From: Camelus dromedarius
Lineage: Eukaryota
Length of the DNA stretch: 64,000 nucleotides
Reading direction: 5' to 3'
NCBI RefSeq assembly: GCF_036321535.1
Contig: NC_087437.1
Location: 33,296,001 to 33,360,000, forward strand
The notes under the pieces were generated by a model. It saw only the letters and a list, made by a program, of their open reading frames with translations. It did not search any database and was not told where the DNA came from. How positions within the stretch are numbered: the stretch's first letter is position 1; each line of letters opens with the position of its first letter. This document shows positions 1-12,914 of this stretch, one piece after another. The translations under genes and the position numbers were made by a program.

Positions 1-2592
1 ACTTTCAAGATTTTGATGGTGGCGTTAATCTCTGAAACTTCCCCAGGTTTTCTGTCTTGGTAGGGGGGGGGAAGTTCCAGTGGCTTTCAGCTCATAGAGG
101 TTCTTCCAGTTGTCAAGTGTGTCTGTTCCAATTATACTTTCAGAAACTGAGGAATAACTGCAAGGTAGGTCCATAGCCCAGCTTGGATTTGAAATTAATG
201 TCAAACTCTATCTATCACATGACCTTGGTGAGCCCCTGCTTAGCTCACAGTGATATTTTTGATTTCCCAAAATGAATGTTAGAGCCAGTGTTCAATAATC
301 TCTGAAAGATTTAGGTATTCCCTCCCCTCCGCATTGTACAGACTTTAGTAAATGGCTGTTTACTCTAGTAAATAGCTACAGGTCCTTTGGGGAAGACTTA
401 GAGGAATATTTTTACAGTGTGAACTTGTAGTCTCTTTTGAGGCAAATTCCATCACAAATTTAAATAGCTAGGAAATATGCAAAGATTAACATATCTTTAT
501 CTAAAAGTCAGTTTTACTGGTTAATTTATCCAACAGCATGGTGAACATTTCTTCCAAAAGATATGGTATAGTAGAAAACATTTCCCTGACTTTCCAGCTG
601 AAATTAAGGTTGGGGCCGTTTCAAGGGCATCATCATTCAAACCCTGGCTCTTTGCAGACTTGTGGAATAATATTTATAATGACCCAGAGCTGATATTAGA
701 AACAATAAATGAAAACCAAGAGAATCATTCTCTTATAGCCCAGAAAGCAGCTGATTATTATGACAAAGGTCTTTGTAGCCAGCAAAGGTCAACTTGTCAC
801 CTTTGCTGTAGCAGCAGATCCTTTTCAGTGAGTTACCTTTGAAAAGTATCTTAAGGCAATAGACCAAGCATGTGCTTCCTGACTATATGAAAAGACAAAG
901 CAGCAGTGAGCTTAGACATTTAAAATATAAAAACTAACCAATTTAAGGTGAGCAAAATGCTCTAAAATTTTGCCAAGGTAGGGAAAATCTCAAATCCACA
1001 CTTGATCCGTAAGCCTTGTTGAAAAGTGTAGATTCAGTTGTGCATCCCATTGACTATTTTACTAGTCGTACAAATTATACCTAGGTAGCTTGAGGGCCGT
1101 TCTTCCCTTTCTGAATGTACATTCTTATTGCTAATGAGCAGCGGCATGGCTCAAAATGAGCAAGAGGCTGAGAGTCTTGGAGAAACCACAAACTAGAAAA
1201 CCTGGTGCATAATTGACAGTTGAGCAGCCCACACAAGCACCAGCCAGAAGCCTGCTTCAGCAAGACGGAGGGCACTGTATTACTTTCCTGGGAGGAAATT
1301 CGACCTTTGAAATTATATGTTGGAATAGTTCTCATTGGGCTGCCCATTAGAGAGAATAACTTATTTAAAATAGCTCATTTGAAATCTTTGTTGTCAAGGT
1401 TCATTTGCCCATGGTCTCTTTCAAGAATAATCTCATTTCTAGTTTCAGATAATTTCAGAACCACAGGTTTCCCCCATCCTTTTCTGTAGTTTAATAGTAG
1501 ATATTAATGCTTATTAGGTATTTCATCTAATTAAAGCTTAGATCTGGCTTGCTGTTTAAAACTGCTTCCATGCATTTAAAAATAGTAAGTAGATGTTGCG
1601 TTACGGAAAATTTTCCCCTCTACTCTCTATCACTGACCACTGTTACTAACTGCAAAGTAAGATATGGACCAAAAACAAAACTAGGAAAATGAATTCCGTG
1701 ACATACCATGCACACTGGATGTCACACTTTACAAGCACGTTTGTGTTTTTAAGAACTAAGATCACATTAGAATATTGTGGCATATAGCTTTAATTATCAG
1801 CTTCTATTGTTTTTGAAAATGGTAATCATACTAAGACAATTTTCTATATTTAATTTTTCTCCTAATCTTTTCCAAGTAAATGTCTATATAATCTCTACCC
1901 ATAATGTATGGTATAACTTTCAAATTATTCCATGTGTTGATGCCTCATTTCAGATTCATACATTCAATGGCTTTGAACCTATCTCAGTAGTATTTTTCAC
2001 TGACTCTTAAAAATTCATGTTTATCATTTGAAGGTCATATACAGTCCTATCTTAAGGAATTTCTTATTTTTAGCTTAGTAATAGTATGGTTGTTTGATAC
2101 TTTTTTTTGGGTAGGGGAAGCATTTCACTGTAGTATAAATTGTCCCTTTGGTATTTACTTGTAGAAATGCTCTAGTATTCACAATTATTGAGGCACAGTA
2201 AAATGGATTTTACCCAGCTTCAGGAAGAACAGGGATTTATTTGAGGAACTCTTATGTGTGTATAAAGATCTCCATAAGGAGAATAATCTTCAGGTAATAA
2301 ATGATAAAACACAATTTAGTGCATGGAGAGCCCAAGATACGCATAAACATTGGTAGGAGACCAGTTACATTGAGTAAGTCTTGGTCTCTAGGTTCAAGCA
2401 AATGGCACCCTAGGTGAAGAAGAAACCTGCCCAGGTGAGCTGTTACTTGGAGAAGACATGGGCAAATGTCTCAATTTCTGAGGTGGAAAATGGTAGATTT
2501 TGGACACAGAAGAATAGAACCAGCATAGATTCTCTAAGGAAAATCCTTAACCAAATAAACAAAACATTGGCTAGCTATTGGAGGGATTTCAG

Positions 2593-2672
2593 TTAGGTTG
2601 AACCACATGAAATTGTTGACACTGGAAGACATTTGGCTGAGAAAAATGGCAATTTCATAAGATTCAACTTGG
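2593..2672 (+). mobile_element. MADE2-like mariner MITE (about 80 bp palindromic element)
   Basis: TTAGGTTGAACCACATGAAATTG...GGCAATTTCATAAGATTCAACTT: imperfect terminal inverted repeats matching the recalled MADE2/MARNA TIR. Confidence 0.75.
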
Positions 2673-2719
2673 TAAATTCTGTGTTTTGATTTTAAAAAAG
2701 CATTTTAAAAAACCTTCCA

Positions 2720-3030
2720 AGAGTGAAATGATGGAATCTAACTGGGGTTAGCGCTTCAGCCCTAGACTGTGGATAATGGCTGCTTCACCTTGACTGGTGT
2801 CTCTTGCTGAGTATTAAAATAAAGCACTCTAGCCTTGGCTCCAGCCTGCCCAATGTTTTCATCAATGTCTTAGGTAAAGCTGAACAAGGCAGACTTACTA
2901 CATTTAGAGGGAACATGAATTAAGTATAACTAATGCTGGGCTTAGGCTGCAAATGACCTCAGCTAGCTGAATCTCAAGGCTGATTCAAAAATTAATAAAC
3001 AGCAATGGATGGAGGTTCCTGAATTTAGGT
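2720..3030 (+). mobile_element. CR1/L3 LINE remnant, reverse-transcriptase region
   Basis: From 2834 it reads LGSSLPNVFINVLG...LTTFRGNMN*, a decayed match to CR1 RT LGPVLFNIFINDLD...LSKFADDTKL. Confidence 0.7.
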
Positions 3031-3034
3031 TTGT

Positions 3035-3200
3035 TTAGTTCTTCAGCCCTTTTGATTTCCTTCCGTGTGCTAGACACCATTCCAGGTACTGGTCATACAA
3101 TGAGGACAGACCTGCAAGGGTCTGCTTGGGAGCTTGGGCTAAAAAAAGAGACAGACCAAACTACCCTTTACCTAAGTAGGAAAAGAAAGATCCCCTATAC
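3035..3200 (-). mobile_element. L2 3' fragment interrupting the CR1/L3
   Basis: tgtgctagacaccattccaggtactgg...acagacctgc resembles the reverse complement of the L2 3' end. Confidence 0.5.
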
Positions 3201-3234
3201 AGTTTCTTGTGAAACTTTCTGGATGTGTTAGGAG

Positions 3235-3830
3235 CTGTACTAAAGTTGTCAGTCGTGCTGTATGCTTGTTAATAGCAAAAGAGCCAATGAAAGCTTAGGA
3301 TTTGTTGTCATAAGTGCAATGTTCAGCTCTTAGGAAGTGTGATCTACCAACCATGTTTTGGGCATTTCAGACCACCACAAGGGCCATTCAGTGGTGGGGT
3401 GGTGGGGATGGATAACATATTTTAAAAGGGATGTTGACAAACTAGAGTGTACTGAGACAGCAGGAATTAGGGTGCTAAAGGACCTGGAAGTCTTGTATTT
3501 TAAGAAATAGCTGAAGAAACTGTAGAAAAATACACACTAAAGGGAGACATGCTAATTGTCTTCAAATCATTGAAGTGCTGACAAGCAGACAGGGAACGAA
3601 GCTTACTCTTGGTTGCTCTACTTTACAGAAATAGTATAAAGCAATGGAAATTTTGGGGACAGAATCTTTTATTTTGGTATAACAATGACTCTTCTTAGGT
3701 ATAGAAGCTGTCCGTCAGTGGAACACATGGCGCTTGAAGTAGTTAAGGATCCTGCCTCTGAAAGTATTTAACCAGAGGCTGGTTCATTTTTCGTCAGGGA
3801 CAATAAGACAGTATTCCTGCCTTGGATAAG
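3235..3830 (+). mobile_element. CR1/L3 LINE remnant, ORF2 C-terminus and 3' region
   Basis: From 3421 it reads FKRDVDKLECT and later LKGDMLIVFKSLK, matching CR1 FKKDVDKLERVQ and LRGDLIAVFKYLK. Confidence 0.75.
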
Positions 3831-4174
3831 AGGTGCCCTGGTGGTGTATCTCTACCTCCATGCCTGTGCTTCTTGTGGTGAGTTGTGCATGTGGAGATGT
3901 GGATACTGTGTAGGTTTTCTTTTCTCCCCCAAGGAAAAAGACCTGTCCCAGTTGGAGTTAGTAGGTTATCTCCAAATGTTTGGGACCAGTCTAAATTCGA
4001 GTTGGAGAGCCACTCCAAATTGGGTATAGAAATTCTAGGAATGATGAGGAATTGGCAACAAGGCTGCTCCAACTGGCTTAGGGCTAGGACCATAATTGTG
4101 AGCAGGCAAGGCTCCAGTAGAAGGAGGTAAGGCTTTACTCCAGTTACCACTCTTAGACCCTGGGGTGAAGGGTG

Positions 4175-4600
4175 GGTAGGACTCTTGGCTGCAAGAGACA
4201 GAAACCCCAGCTCAAACTGCCTTAAACTAAAGAGAGATTTATTGACTCATGTAACTAAAAAGTCCAGGGGTCAATCTAACTTTGGGCATGGTTCAATGTA
4301 GATGTTCCAACCATCTGTCTCCCTTCCCTCCCTCCCTCCCTTTTGGTTCTCTCTGTATGGCTCACACCTGTCATCTAGAATCTGGGTACCTGACAGGATA
4401 GATATCTAACAAAGATTTGCTGAAGGCAAATACATGAATGAGTCTCCAGTTTGGCAATCCCAGGTAAAGTACCCATAGCCAAAGTCCCAGATGGACTCCA
4501 GTGCTTGACTTTAAAACAACCCCTGGTGATGGGGAGGATGAAACATACTGACTGATTAGGCCATTAGGCTGGACTGATTAGGTCTGGGAGTCAGCAATAC
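4175..4600 (-). mobile_element. MaLR LTR (old MLT1J/K/L-like), with an L2 tail at about 4370-4440
   Basis: ggctgcaagagacagaaacccc...tttattgactcatgtaact is a typical reverse-complement MLT1 3' end. Confidence 0.6.
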
Positions 4601-7419
4601 CTGGTTGCATGCCATTCTCCATCTTTTCTATGGGATCACTAAGGGAAGAGGGAAGGCCCTTTTACTTTCTTTTGTATCCCCCCACAGAGACTAGTTCTAA
4701 GTGCATCCTTTTTATTCAACAAGCATGTATTCTCTTCCTCTAACCAGAATGGCTCTGAATAAGCAAAAGTGCTGAAATAACTGAATTGTGGCATCTCCTT
4801 TGAAAACTGCAACAAAAGATTTGAATGAATTCAGAGTTTGATATATTCCTTCCAAATAATTTTTATGTGCATAAATGTAAGTGGTAAATAGGAATTCCGA
4901 ATTCATCTTAGTCACCACAGAAAGTCATCCTTTCAGCTTTTTTCATGCAACTAAAAGATTAAAATTGAATGACTATTTCTTGCAACAGGAATAATCTTCA
5001 TAGAAAAGCTTGCTTATCTTTACATCAGGGGTATCTGACTTCCAGCCCTGGAGCAGAGTTAAGTGATGATTAATTTTTAAAATATTCTTTCACCCAGATT
5101 TTGCCTCCTTTATGATCATGACCTGTCCCCAGGGGTAGTGCTGCCCTGTTTAGCAGCAGCAGGGCTCTGCTGCACAGATACTAGAAGATGATTCTGAGAA
5201 TGAACTCAAGCAAATGAAAGGAACTTTACAAGTAGGCTCTTTTTTTTTTTTTTTTAAATCCATGGGGACAGAGTGGACTTTTCTCAAACACTGGAATGTT
5301 TCAATGATTTGGACTGGCAAGGATCTGATGAGAAATATCCTGATGCAATGTGCGGGGGACTGTGTTTTTCTAACAGCAAAAGGAAATGATTCTTCTTCCT
5401 CGGAGAGAATTCCTCCATTTTGCATTTGAAATGGCCTTGCAGAGGTACAACACAACCACAGTCGGCGTGGGTTCTGTTTCCCCTTCCAGTCTAATTTAAC
5501 AGACATTGAAATATCCTCATGTTTGGTGGAAATAAAGGTGTGTTTGCGGTGTGTCCGTCTTACCTGATCACCCTAGTTTTTTAACCATGTTCTTCCCATG
5601 TCATTATTATAGCATTATCTCCTGAGAGTTACTGTGTGTAAGACACATGATGATTAAAACAACAACAACAACAAACAAACGTGAGAGTGATATCTCAACT
5701 GGAAATAGCCGTCATTATTTTAGAGGCAGACCTGGTATTAGACTGAGCATCAACAGAGACTACCTTGATAAATAAATCTAGCATTCAGAATGAACAGATA
5801 TTAAACATCCTTTTACTTGCATATGTGTTTATCTTTTGTTAAGTCTTGTGTTTTTCTCTGTGAGCTTTTCAGAATTGAGATCAGATAACTGTTGGAAGGA
5901 ATGAGAATGAGGATAATGTTGTACTGCAGTGTAGCTGGAACGTGTTGGGAAAGTTTTATGAGTGCTGTTTTTATTTATGCTCTGAATTTACATGATGTCT
6001 CCAGATGTTACCGTTATTCTCACCTATTATACCAGATGACATTTGTGGTGGAGCACACATGTATATATTTAACTTCTTTCTAATATTGTGTTTTGCAGCT
6101 AGATAAAAAAAATCTGAGCAGTTCTAAATATCTTATAATTTTCTATCTGTAATGTTTAATGAGCTAAAGTACATCAAAATCACCACTACCAAAGAAAGGA
6201 CTGAACAGGTTAAAAGGCATGACTAGTGACTTCCTATTGGTTTGACAAATAATCTTACCTTAAAGAGGAGAGAGGTCTGTCTAGGAGATTGAGCGAATTG
6301 CTTGTTCAAACCTTCCACTTTTCTGCTTGTAGCATTTAGAAAGTGCCATCAAAGGACACTTCTTAGTCCCTTCAGAATCTGTACAATAACCACTTGGGTA
6401 TTCAAACACTTTCCCTAGCTTGGATTTTAAGCTTTAAGTGCAATAGGTGGAAAAAAGCAAATGGAACATTTTATAAGCTTGAACATTTTTTTTTTCAACT
6501 AGCCTCTCTCTAAGGATTTTTATTGTAATTCTGAACATTAGATGCATCATGGAGAATTTTAGTTAAATATAAAACATTCTTATGAGCCATGGTTTAATTT
6601 TCAAATCACTCAGATATCCACCTTTCTCATACAGGCCATAACCAATGCATTACCATTTGAAGCTTCAATGATCTACTGAATTGTGCTATACAATGAAAAT
6701 TTAGTCGATATTCTTTAGCATTCTTTTTGCTTCATAGTTGGATTCATTAGTGACTTTCTGATGTCAACCTGATGGATTTTGCATAATTTGGGTGCCTGTG
6801 TAGTTTTTAGAAGGAATGCTTTCCAGAATGTCTGAATATTGATTGTCACTGTATTGTGGCCAGAGAAGTTAAATGTTCATTTCTTAGAATTTCATCCAGT
6901 TTAGTTAGGGTTCTGGTTGACAGAGTTTGATTTATGTATAGACATTGTGGATGGCCCCTTGCAGATACTAGATGGGGGCGTTAGGAAAGCCCTGCCCAGA
7001 AATCTCTCCCATTTCCAGGATGCTTGAAATTCCACTTTATGATATTTACTGTTTTGGGTTAAGCATTGTATTCTTTGGCTCATCTTCTTTTAAATCTACA
7101 CACCTTACTAGAAAGCAGTTGCTCCTAGTTGTATTTGTTCTGGGTTATAGAAACACATGTCATCTTGTTATTTTAGGTCTCCAAAATGAAGGAAAAATAT
7201 ATAAAATGAGTTTTACTGAAGGTAAATTCAGGTTCCTTCAAAGTTCTGCTAATGGTCAATCTTGATGGGTGAAAGAGGTCTTTTCCAGAAACTCTGTCTT
7301 TTCCAGTTAGTTCTGTTTCTGTTTAGCCAATTTAATAGGTTACAAAACAGTAAATTCAAAACCAGGATGATCCCAATTTGACCCCTCCACCCCAGAGAAG
7401 AATAAAGCAGATTACAAAT

Positions 7420-8315
7420 ACTGCATGAAAAAAGAAAATAAACTGGACTCATCAAAACAAACAAACAAACAACAACAACAAAAACCTTTAGTGTTTCAAA
7501 GGGCACTATTATAAAAAAGATGAAAAGACAATCCGCACATGAAATGATGCTCCACATCATTAGTCATTGGAGAAATGGAAATCAAAACTACCATGAAATG
7601 CCACCTCACACCAACTAGGATTGCTATAATGTTTCTAAAAGGAATAACAATAATTGGTGAAGCTGTAGAAAAAATGGAACCCTCTACATTTTTGGTGGGA
7701 ATATGAGATGGTACAGCCTCTGTGGAAAACAATTTGGTAATTCCTCAAAAATTATAGATAAAATTACCGTATGAACGAGAAATTCTCCCAGGTACATACC
7801 CGAAAGAAGTGAAAACATGTTTTTAAACAGACTTGCACATAAATGTTCGTAGGAGCACTATTTACAATAGCCAAAAGGTTTGAACCACCCAAGTGTCCAC
7901 CACCTGATGAATGGATAAACAGAATGTAATATATCCATATAATGGAATATTATCAATTCATAAAAAGGGATTTAGTACTGATACATACTACAACATGGAT
8001 AAGCTTGAAAACATGCTAAGTGAAATAAGTCAGGCCCAGACGGTCACATGAGATTCCATATATATGAAATGTCAGGAATAGGGCAATCCGTAGAGACAGA
8101 AAGAAGATGAGTGATTTCCATAGGATTGGGGCAAGGGAGAATGGGGAGTAACTACTTAATGGGTACAGGGTTTTCTTTTGGGATGATGAAAATATTTTGG
8201 AACAGACAGAGGTAATGATTGAACAACCTTGTGAATATACTAAAAGTCACTGGATTAAACACTTTAAGTGGTTAAAATTGTGAATTTTTTTATGTGAATT
8301 TTATCTCAGTTAAAA
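7420..8315 (+). mobile_element. L1 (L1MB-like) 3' fragment: end of ORF2 and 3' UTR
   Basis: cacatgaaatgatgctccacatcattagtcattggagaaatggaaatcaaaactac (HMKxCSTSLxIxEMxIKT motif); L1MB-type 3' UTR ending tatctcagttaaaa. Confidence 0.9.
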
Positions 8316-9127
8316 TTTAAGACACTAAAAAAACCCAGATTGATCACACACCCCCCACTTTTGCAAATAAAATAAAACAAAATAAAGCCTTATCTGGGAC
8401 AGGTTAATTGAGCTTTGGATTCATAGTGATAGAAATTATAGTAAAAAGTGTACTTGTTAAAAAGTAGCATTTCTAAAATAAAAGCATATGCTTATTAGAA
8501 GACCTCTGTCTTTTGGAACTGCATAGTGGCCTAGTCACTCTATGATAGTAAATCAATTTTCTGGTAGAGAACAGTTGATGAAAATAACATTGATTAGTGG
8601 CTTGAGAGATGGCTGGGAATTGAGGTTTGAGGCACTGAGGGATAGTGGTGCTGTTATCCCTGGCCTGGAGTGGATGTGGGGGGAATGACACTGTGGTGGG
8701 CGCTTGATGGGGGCTGGAGTGAGGGCAGGTTCATGAGAGTGGTGATGGCTGTGGTCCTTGAACAGAGACAGTCAGGCCTAGTGTTGGCTTTTATTGTCTG
8801 GACTATCTTGCTGGATCCTTTAGAAAGAAGGTGGGGGGTGGGGGTAGTTTGCTCACTGGTAAACTCATGCTGCACAGCCTTCATTTAAAATCAGGAGAGA
8901 TCAGCTATGAAATTGAGTAACAATATAAGTTTATATAAAAGCAACCATAAATAATAAATGTTTAAAAATGTTTCCATTACTAAAAATAAATGTACCTCCT
9001 GTTTGATGGATTCTGTGTTTTTCCACTGTGATTTGGGATGGACCATGACTTCCTTCTTCCCAGACCCCTGTTACTGTTGCCTGCATGCCTAGAATAGACA
9101 CCAGAGGAAAATGCACCAGAAGGTCTG

Positions 9128-9248
9128 CAGTGTCATCTCTGGATGGAAGCATTGTGGGTGATTTTTATTTTCTTCTTTTTTGTTTTTCTCTATTTTCCAA
9201 AATTTCTGTTATGAACATTAATTACTTTTGTAGTAGATAAAATAAAAG
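9128..9248 (+). mobile_element. Old L1 (L1ME-like) extreme 3' end
   Basis: gggtgatttttattttcttc...ttccaaaatttct...attacttttgta followed by an A-rich end. Confidence 0.6.
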
Positions 9249-9989
9249 GCTGTGACAGTAACATAGTATTTTGAGCTCTGGACAGGAACATGTTGAATCT
9301 AATTCTGCCAGTTGAGGCTGCTTCCTTTGCACAAATTGAACTAGTTGGAAGACACAGTTACATTCTTTATAAATGTGTCAAGTCCCTCACCACTACTCTA
9401 ATTGCTTCCCTAAAGGACTGAAACTGTTAAATTATCAAATGCTTAATTTACTGCAGGGAGTAATTTACCATGTAGGATTATATCAAACAAACATGTGTTA
9501 TCATTTATATTAGAAATCTGGCCCATCTGTGAAGGACCACCCCACTGAAAGTTTGATTTAGGATTTTAAAACAACCAACCAACAAACAGAAAAGTTGAAA
9601 AGGCTGGAGATGGTTTCCATTGTGTTAAGAAATTTGACTTTTGAAGCAAGTTAATAGCATTAACCTAGTTTTTAAGACTTAGATTAAAATATCACTTTTA
9701 GCTCACTGTTAACATAGATGTGTTGTAGTCTCTCAGTTTTTAAAAATACAGATTAAAATCTTATTATTGCTTAGGCAAGATTCTGCCAAATTTTATGAAG
9801 ATATGTACACACACACATTTGAGCATATCTTTAAAATATTTTATTCATAATTTATTCATATCCTGCTTAATTTTAGAAAAGTACTTAACTGTGGTTTAGA
9901 TCTACTTCCTACGGAAGGAAATGCGGTTGTTTTGCTTCTTCAAGCAAAACTGTGGTTAGCATGTTCTTATATATCACAGCTTTTATTTA

Positions 9990-10612
9990 CTATTTTAAGC
10001 GTAAATAGCCAGACGTAGGATTACTGGGTCAAATCATAGGTGTGTTGGGTTGAGATGTGACTATTTCTGTTCTCACGGACAGTCTGAGAGTGTGCTCCTC
10101 TCAGCGCTTGCCAGGTGTCACTGCTTGTATTAGTTTGTGCCAATCTGGTCACTGCACAAGGGCATCTCACTTTTACTTAATTTGCATTTTCTTGACTAGT
10201 GATGACAGTGAGCACCTCTCTTCTGTGGCTGTTTATTCTTTCCATCTGCCACTTGTCTAGTCGTACATACCTTTGCCCGTTTTTCCATCCATTGCTTCTT
10301 CTTCTTATCAACATATAGGAGCCTATGTATTTTATGAATAATAACATTTTATTGGCCATCTGGAGTGCAGTCTTCTTCACTGCATATCATTTGGATTTTT
10401 TTAGTATCTTTTGCTAAACCAAATTATTTAATTTCTGTCCCATCAAATATTTTATTTTATGGTTTTTTGATTTCCTGCCCAGCTTAGAAAGTCTCTTCTT
10501 CTCCCAGTTCATAAAAACATTTCCTATATATATGTTTTAGATTTTAAATTAATTCATTGTTTTTACATGTAAACATTTAATTCACTTGGCATTTTTTTCC
10601 TTAAAGTGTTGT
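9990..10612 (-). mobile_element. Old L1 (L1ME-like) ORF2 3' region
   Basis: taggattactgggtca...taatttgcattttcttgactagtgatg is decayed antisense L1 ORF2. Confidence 0.7.
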
Positions 10613-10812
10613 NNNNNNNNNNNNNNNNNNNNNNNNNNNNNNNNNNNNNNNNNNNNNNNNNNNNNNNNNNNNNNNNNNNNNNNNNNNNNNNNNNNNNNNN
10701 NNNNNNNNNNNNNNNNNNNNNNNNNNNNNNNNNNNNNNNNNNNNNNNNNNNNNNNNNNNNNNNNNNNNNNNNNNNNNNNNNNNNNNNNNNNNNNNNNNNN
10801 NNNNNNNNNNNN
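10613..10812. other. Assembly gap (200 N)
   Basis: Run of N seen directly in the sequence. Confidence 0.99.
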
Positions 10813-11020
10813 ACGTCTTTTGCCCCTCATTTTATTGGATTTAGCTATCTTTTTATTATTAATTTATAACGATGTTTTACAGAATCTGGATATGAATTCT
10901 TGTCAGATATATGTAGTTCAAAGATCTCTGAGACTGTGATTTGTTTTCTGTATCTTAATCGTGTCTTTTGATTGAATGTAAGTTCTTAATTTTTATCAAG
11001 TTAGTTTATCTGTCTTTCCC

Positions 11021-11133
11021 CTTATGGTAAGAGCTTTTTATATTTTGTTGAAAAAAATCTTATGGTAAGAGCTTTTTATATTTTGTTGAAAAAAATCTTA
11101 TGGTAAGAGCTTTTTATATTTTGTTGAAGAAAT
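11021..11133. repeat. 38-bp tandem triplication
   Basis: cttatggtaagagctttttatattttgttgaaaaaaat at 11021-11058 and 11059-11096 (identical); third copy 11097-11133 ends gaagaaat. Confidence 0.97.
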
Positions 11134-11667
11134 CTTTGCTTGCCCCAAGGTCATGAAGATATTATCATATGTTATTCTAGAAGTTATTTTTTACCTTTTA
11201 TCTTTAGGCCTATAATCCATTTAGAATTGATTTATATGTCTATGTGAAATAGAAGTCAAGGTTGTTTTTTTCCCATATGGGTATCTAATTGATCTGGCAC
11301 TATTTATTGAAAAGATCATGCGTTCTCACTTTTATTGAAAATGAGGTGATTGTATATGTGTGGGTCAGTTCCTGCACTTTGTAGTCTGTTCTATTTGTTT
11401 AATACTATTTTGTTTTTATTACTATAACTCTGTAATCAATTTTGATATCTAGTAGTATAAAACCTCCCAGTTTGTTATTCTTTTTAAGAGTCGTAGTTGT
11501 ACTTGGCTTTTTACATTTTAATAAGTTTTGAATCAGCTTGTGAATTTCCAAAGAAAATACCTATTAGGAGTTAAATTTGGAGTTACTGAGTATAGATTAA
11601 TTTGAAGGTAACTGACATCTTTATAATACTGAGCTCTAATCATTGAAAAGGATATATTTCTCTAATT

Positions 11668-11856
11668 CAAGGGTTAGCAACCTGTTTTCTGTAAAGAGTC
11701 ATTAAATATTTTAGGCTTTCTGGGCCACATACAGTCTCTGTCACATATTCTTAGTCTTCTTCCTTTTAGATTTACAATCTTTTAAAAATGGAAAAACTCT
11801 TCTTAGTTTATGGGCAGTAAAAAAGCAGGCTGCAGGTTGCAGTTTGCCAATCCTTG
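11668..11856 (+). mobile_element. MER58-family hAT-Charlie MITE
   Basis: TIRs caagggttagcaa...ttgccaatccttg; internal ttctgtaaagagtc..aaatattttaggcttt. Confidence 0.8.
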
Positions 11857-12769
11857 CTTTTTTTATTTAGGTTTTCTTTAATATATCTTAATATTGCTTT
11901 ATAGTTTTCTGTGTAGACTCCTTGCATGTCTTTCATTCTACTTAGCTAGTTGGTGATTTTTGACACTATTGTAAAGAATATTTTTTAAAAATTATTTTTC
12001 CAATTGTTTGTTGCTTGTGTATAGAAATAAAATTGGTTTTTGTATATTTACTTTTTGTCCAGTGATCTTATAAATGCATTTATTTACTATAATAGTTTAT
12101 CTGAGATTCTTTTGGAGTTTCTACATATAATGTCATGTGCTAACTATAGAGTTCTTTATCTTGATTTCCAAACTTTATAGCATTTATTCATTTTCTTGTC
12201 TTACTGTACTGGCTAGGACTTGCAGTGCTACAAGGTTGATTGTAAGTGATGACTCAGAACATCTCTGTGTTTTCAAGAGGGCATTTACATGTTGCAGTTA
12301 ATTATGGTACTAGCTATGGGATTTTTATGGATACTCTTACCAGATCAAACATGGTTCCTTCTATGCCTAGTATGCTAAGAATTATTTTTAAATTGTTAAT
12401 GAGCATTGAATTTTATCAAATACTTTTTCTGTATCTATTAAGATGTTCATATGATTTTTCCCCCTATATTAGTTAATGTGATAAATTATAATTTTCAAGT
12501 TATATTTTAGTTTCAAATGTTAAACTAATCTTGCATTCCTAGGATAAATTCTAATTGATTATTATACGTCATTTTAAAACACTTATTTCTATATTGCTAC
12601 TTTACTGGTGTGTATTTTCATGGCAGATTGGCCAGTAGTTTTCCCCCTTTTGATGTTTTTGTAATGTTTATGTAGAGGTTATGCTAACCTCTTTTCTATT
12701 TTCTTTTTGTATTCTCTGAAACAATTTGTATAGTAAGTAAAGCTGTCTTGGTCCCTCAGGTTGTGTACA

Positions 12770-12905
12770 AGTGATTGCCCTCAGTCATTGTTGCATAGAG
12801 CAGAAGAATTGTCTGAGCTTTGCCCGAATTAATGACCCACGAAAACATGAAATAGAATTAAATGGTTATTGTGTTAATCCACTAAGTTTTAAGGTACTGG
12901 TTGTG
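12770..12905 (+). mobile_element. MaLR LTR (MLT1) 3' fragment
   Basis: agcagaagaatt...gacccac...aaatggttattgtgttaatccactaagtttt. Confidence 0.65.
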
Positions 12906-12914
12906 TAGAAGTAT

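Larger units (their letters stand above)
10813..12730 (-). mobile_element. Old L1 ORF2 body (antisense), interrupted by a MER58-like element
   Basis: Characteristic antisense L1 words: ctatttattgaaaaga, aatcagcttgtgaatttcc, ctggctaggacttgcagt, ttccttctatgcctagt. Confidence 0.85.

Noticed and set aside
5555..5640. Minus-strand exon ending at the strong donor CAG|GTAAGA (reverse complement of tcttacctg)
   Set aside because: The upstream ATG frames checked stop before the donor, I identified no matching acceptor, and the strand is opposite to the inferred transcription direction.
10582..10939. ORFs spanning X runs
   Set aside because: Artefacts of the 200-N gap.
11021..11133. CRISPR-like array (repeats of about 38 bp)
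   Set aside because: The units are directly adjacent with no spacers, lie inside mammalian L1 sequence, and there are no cas genes.
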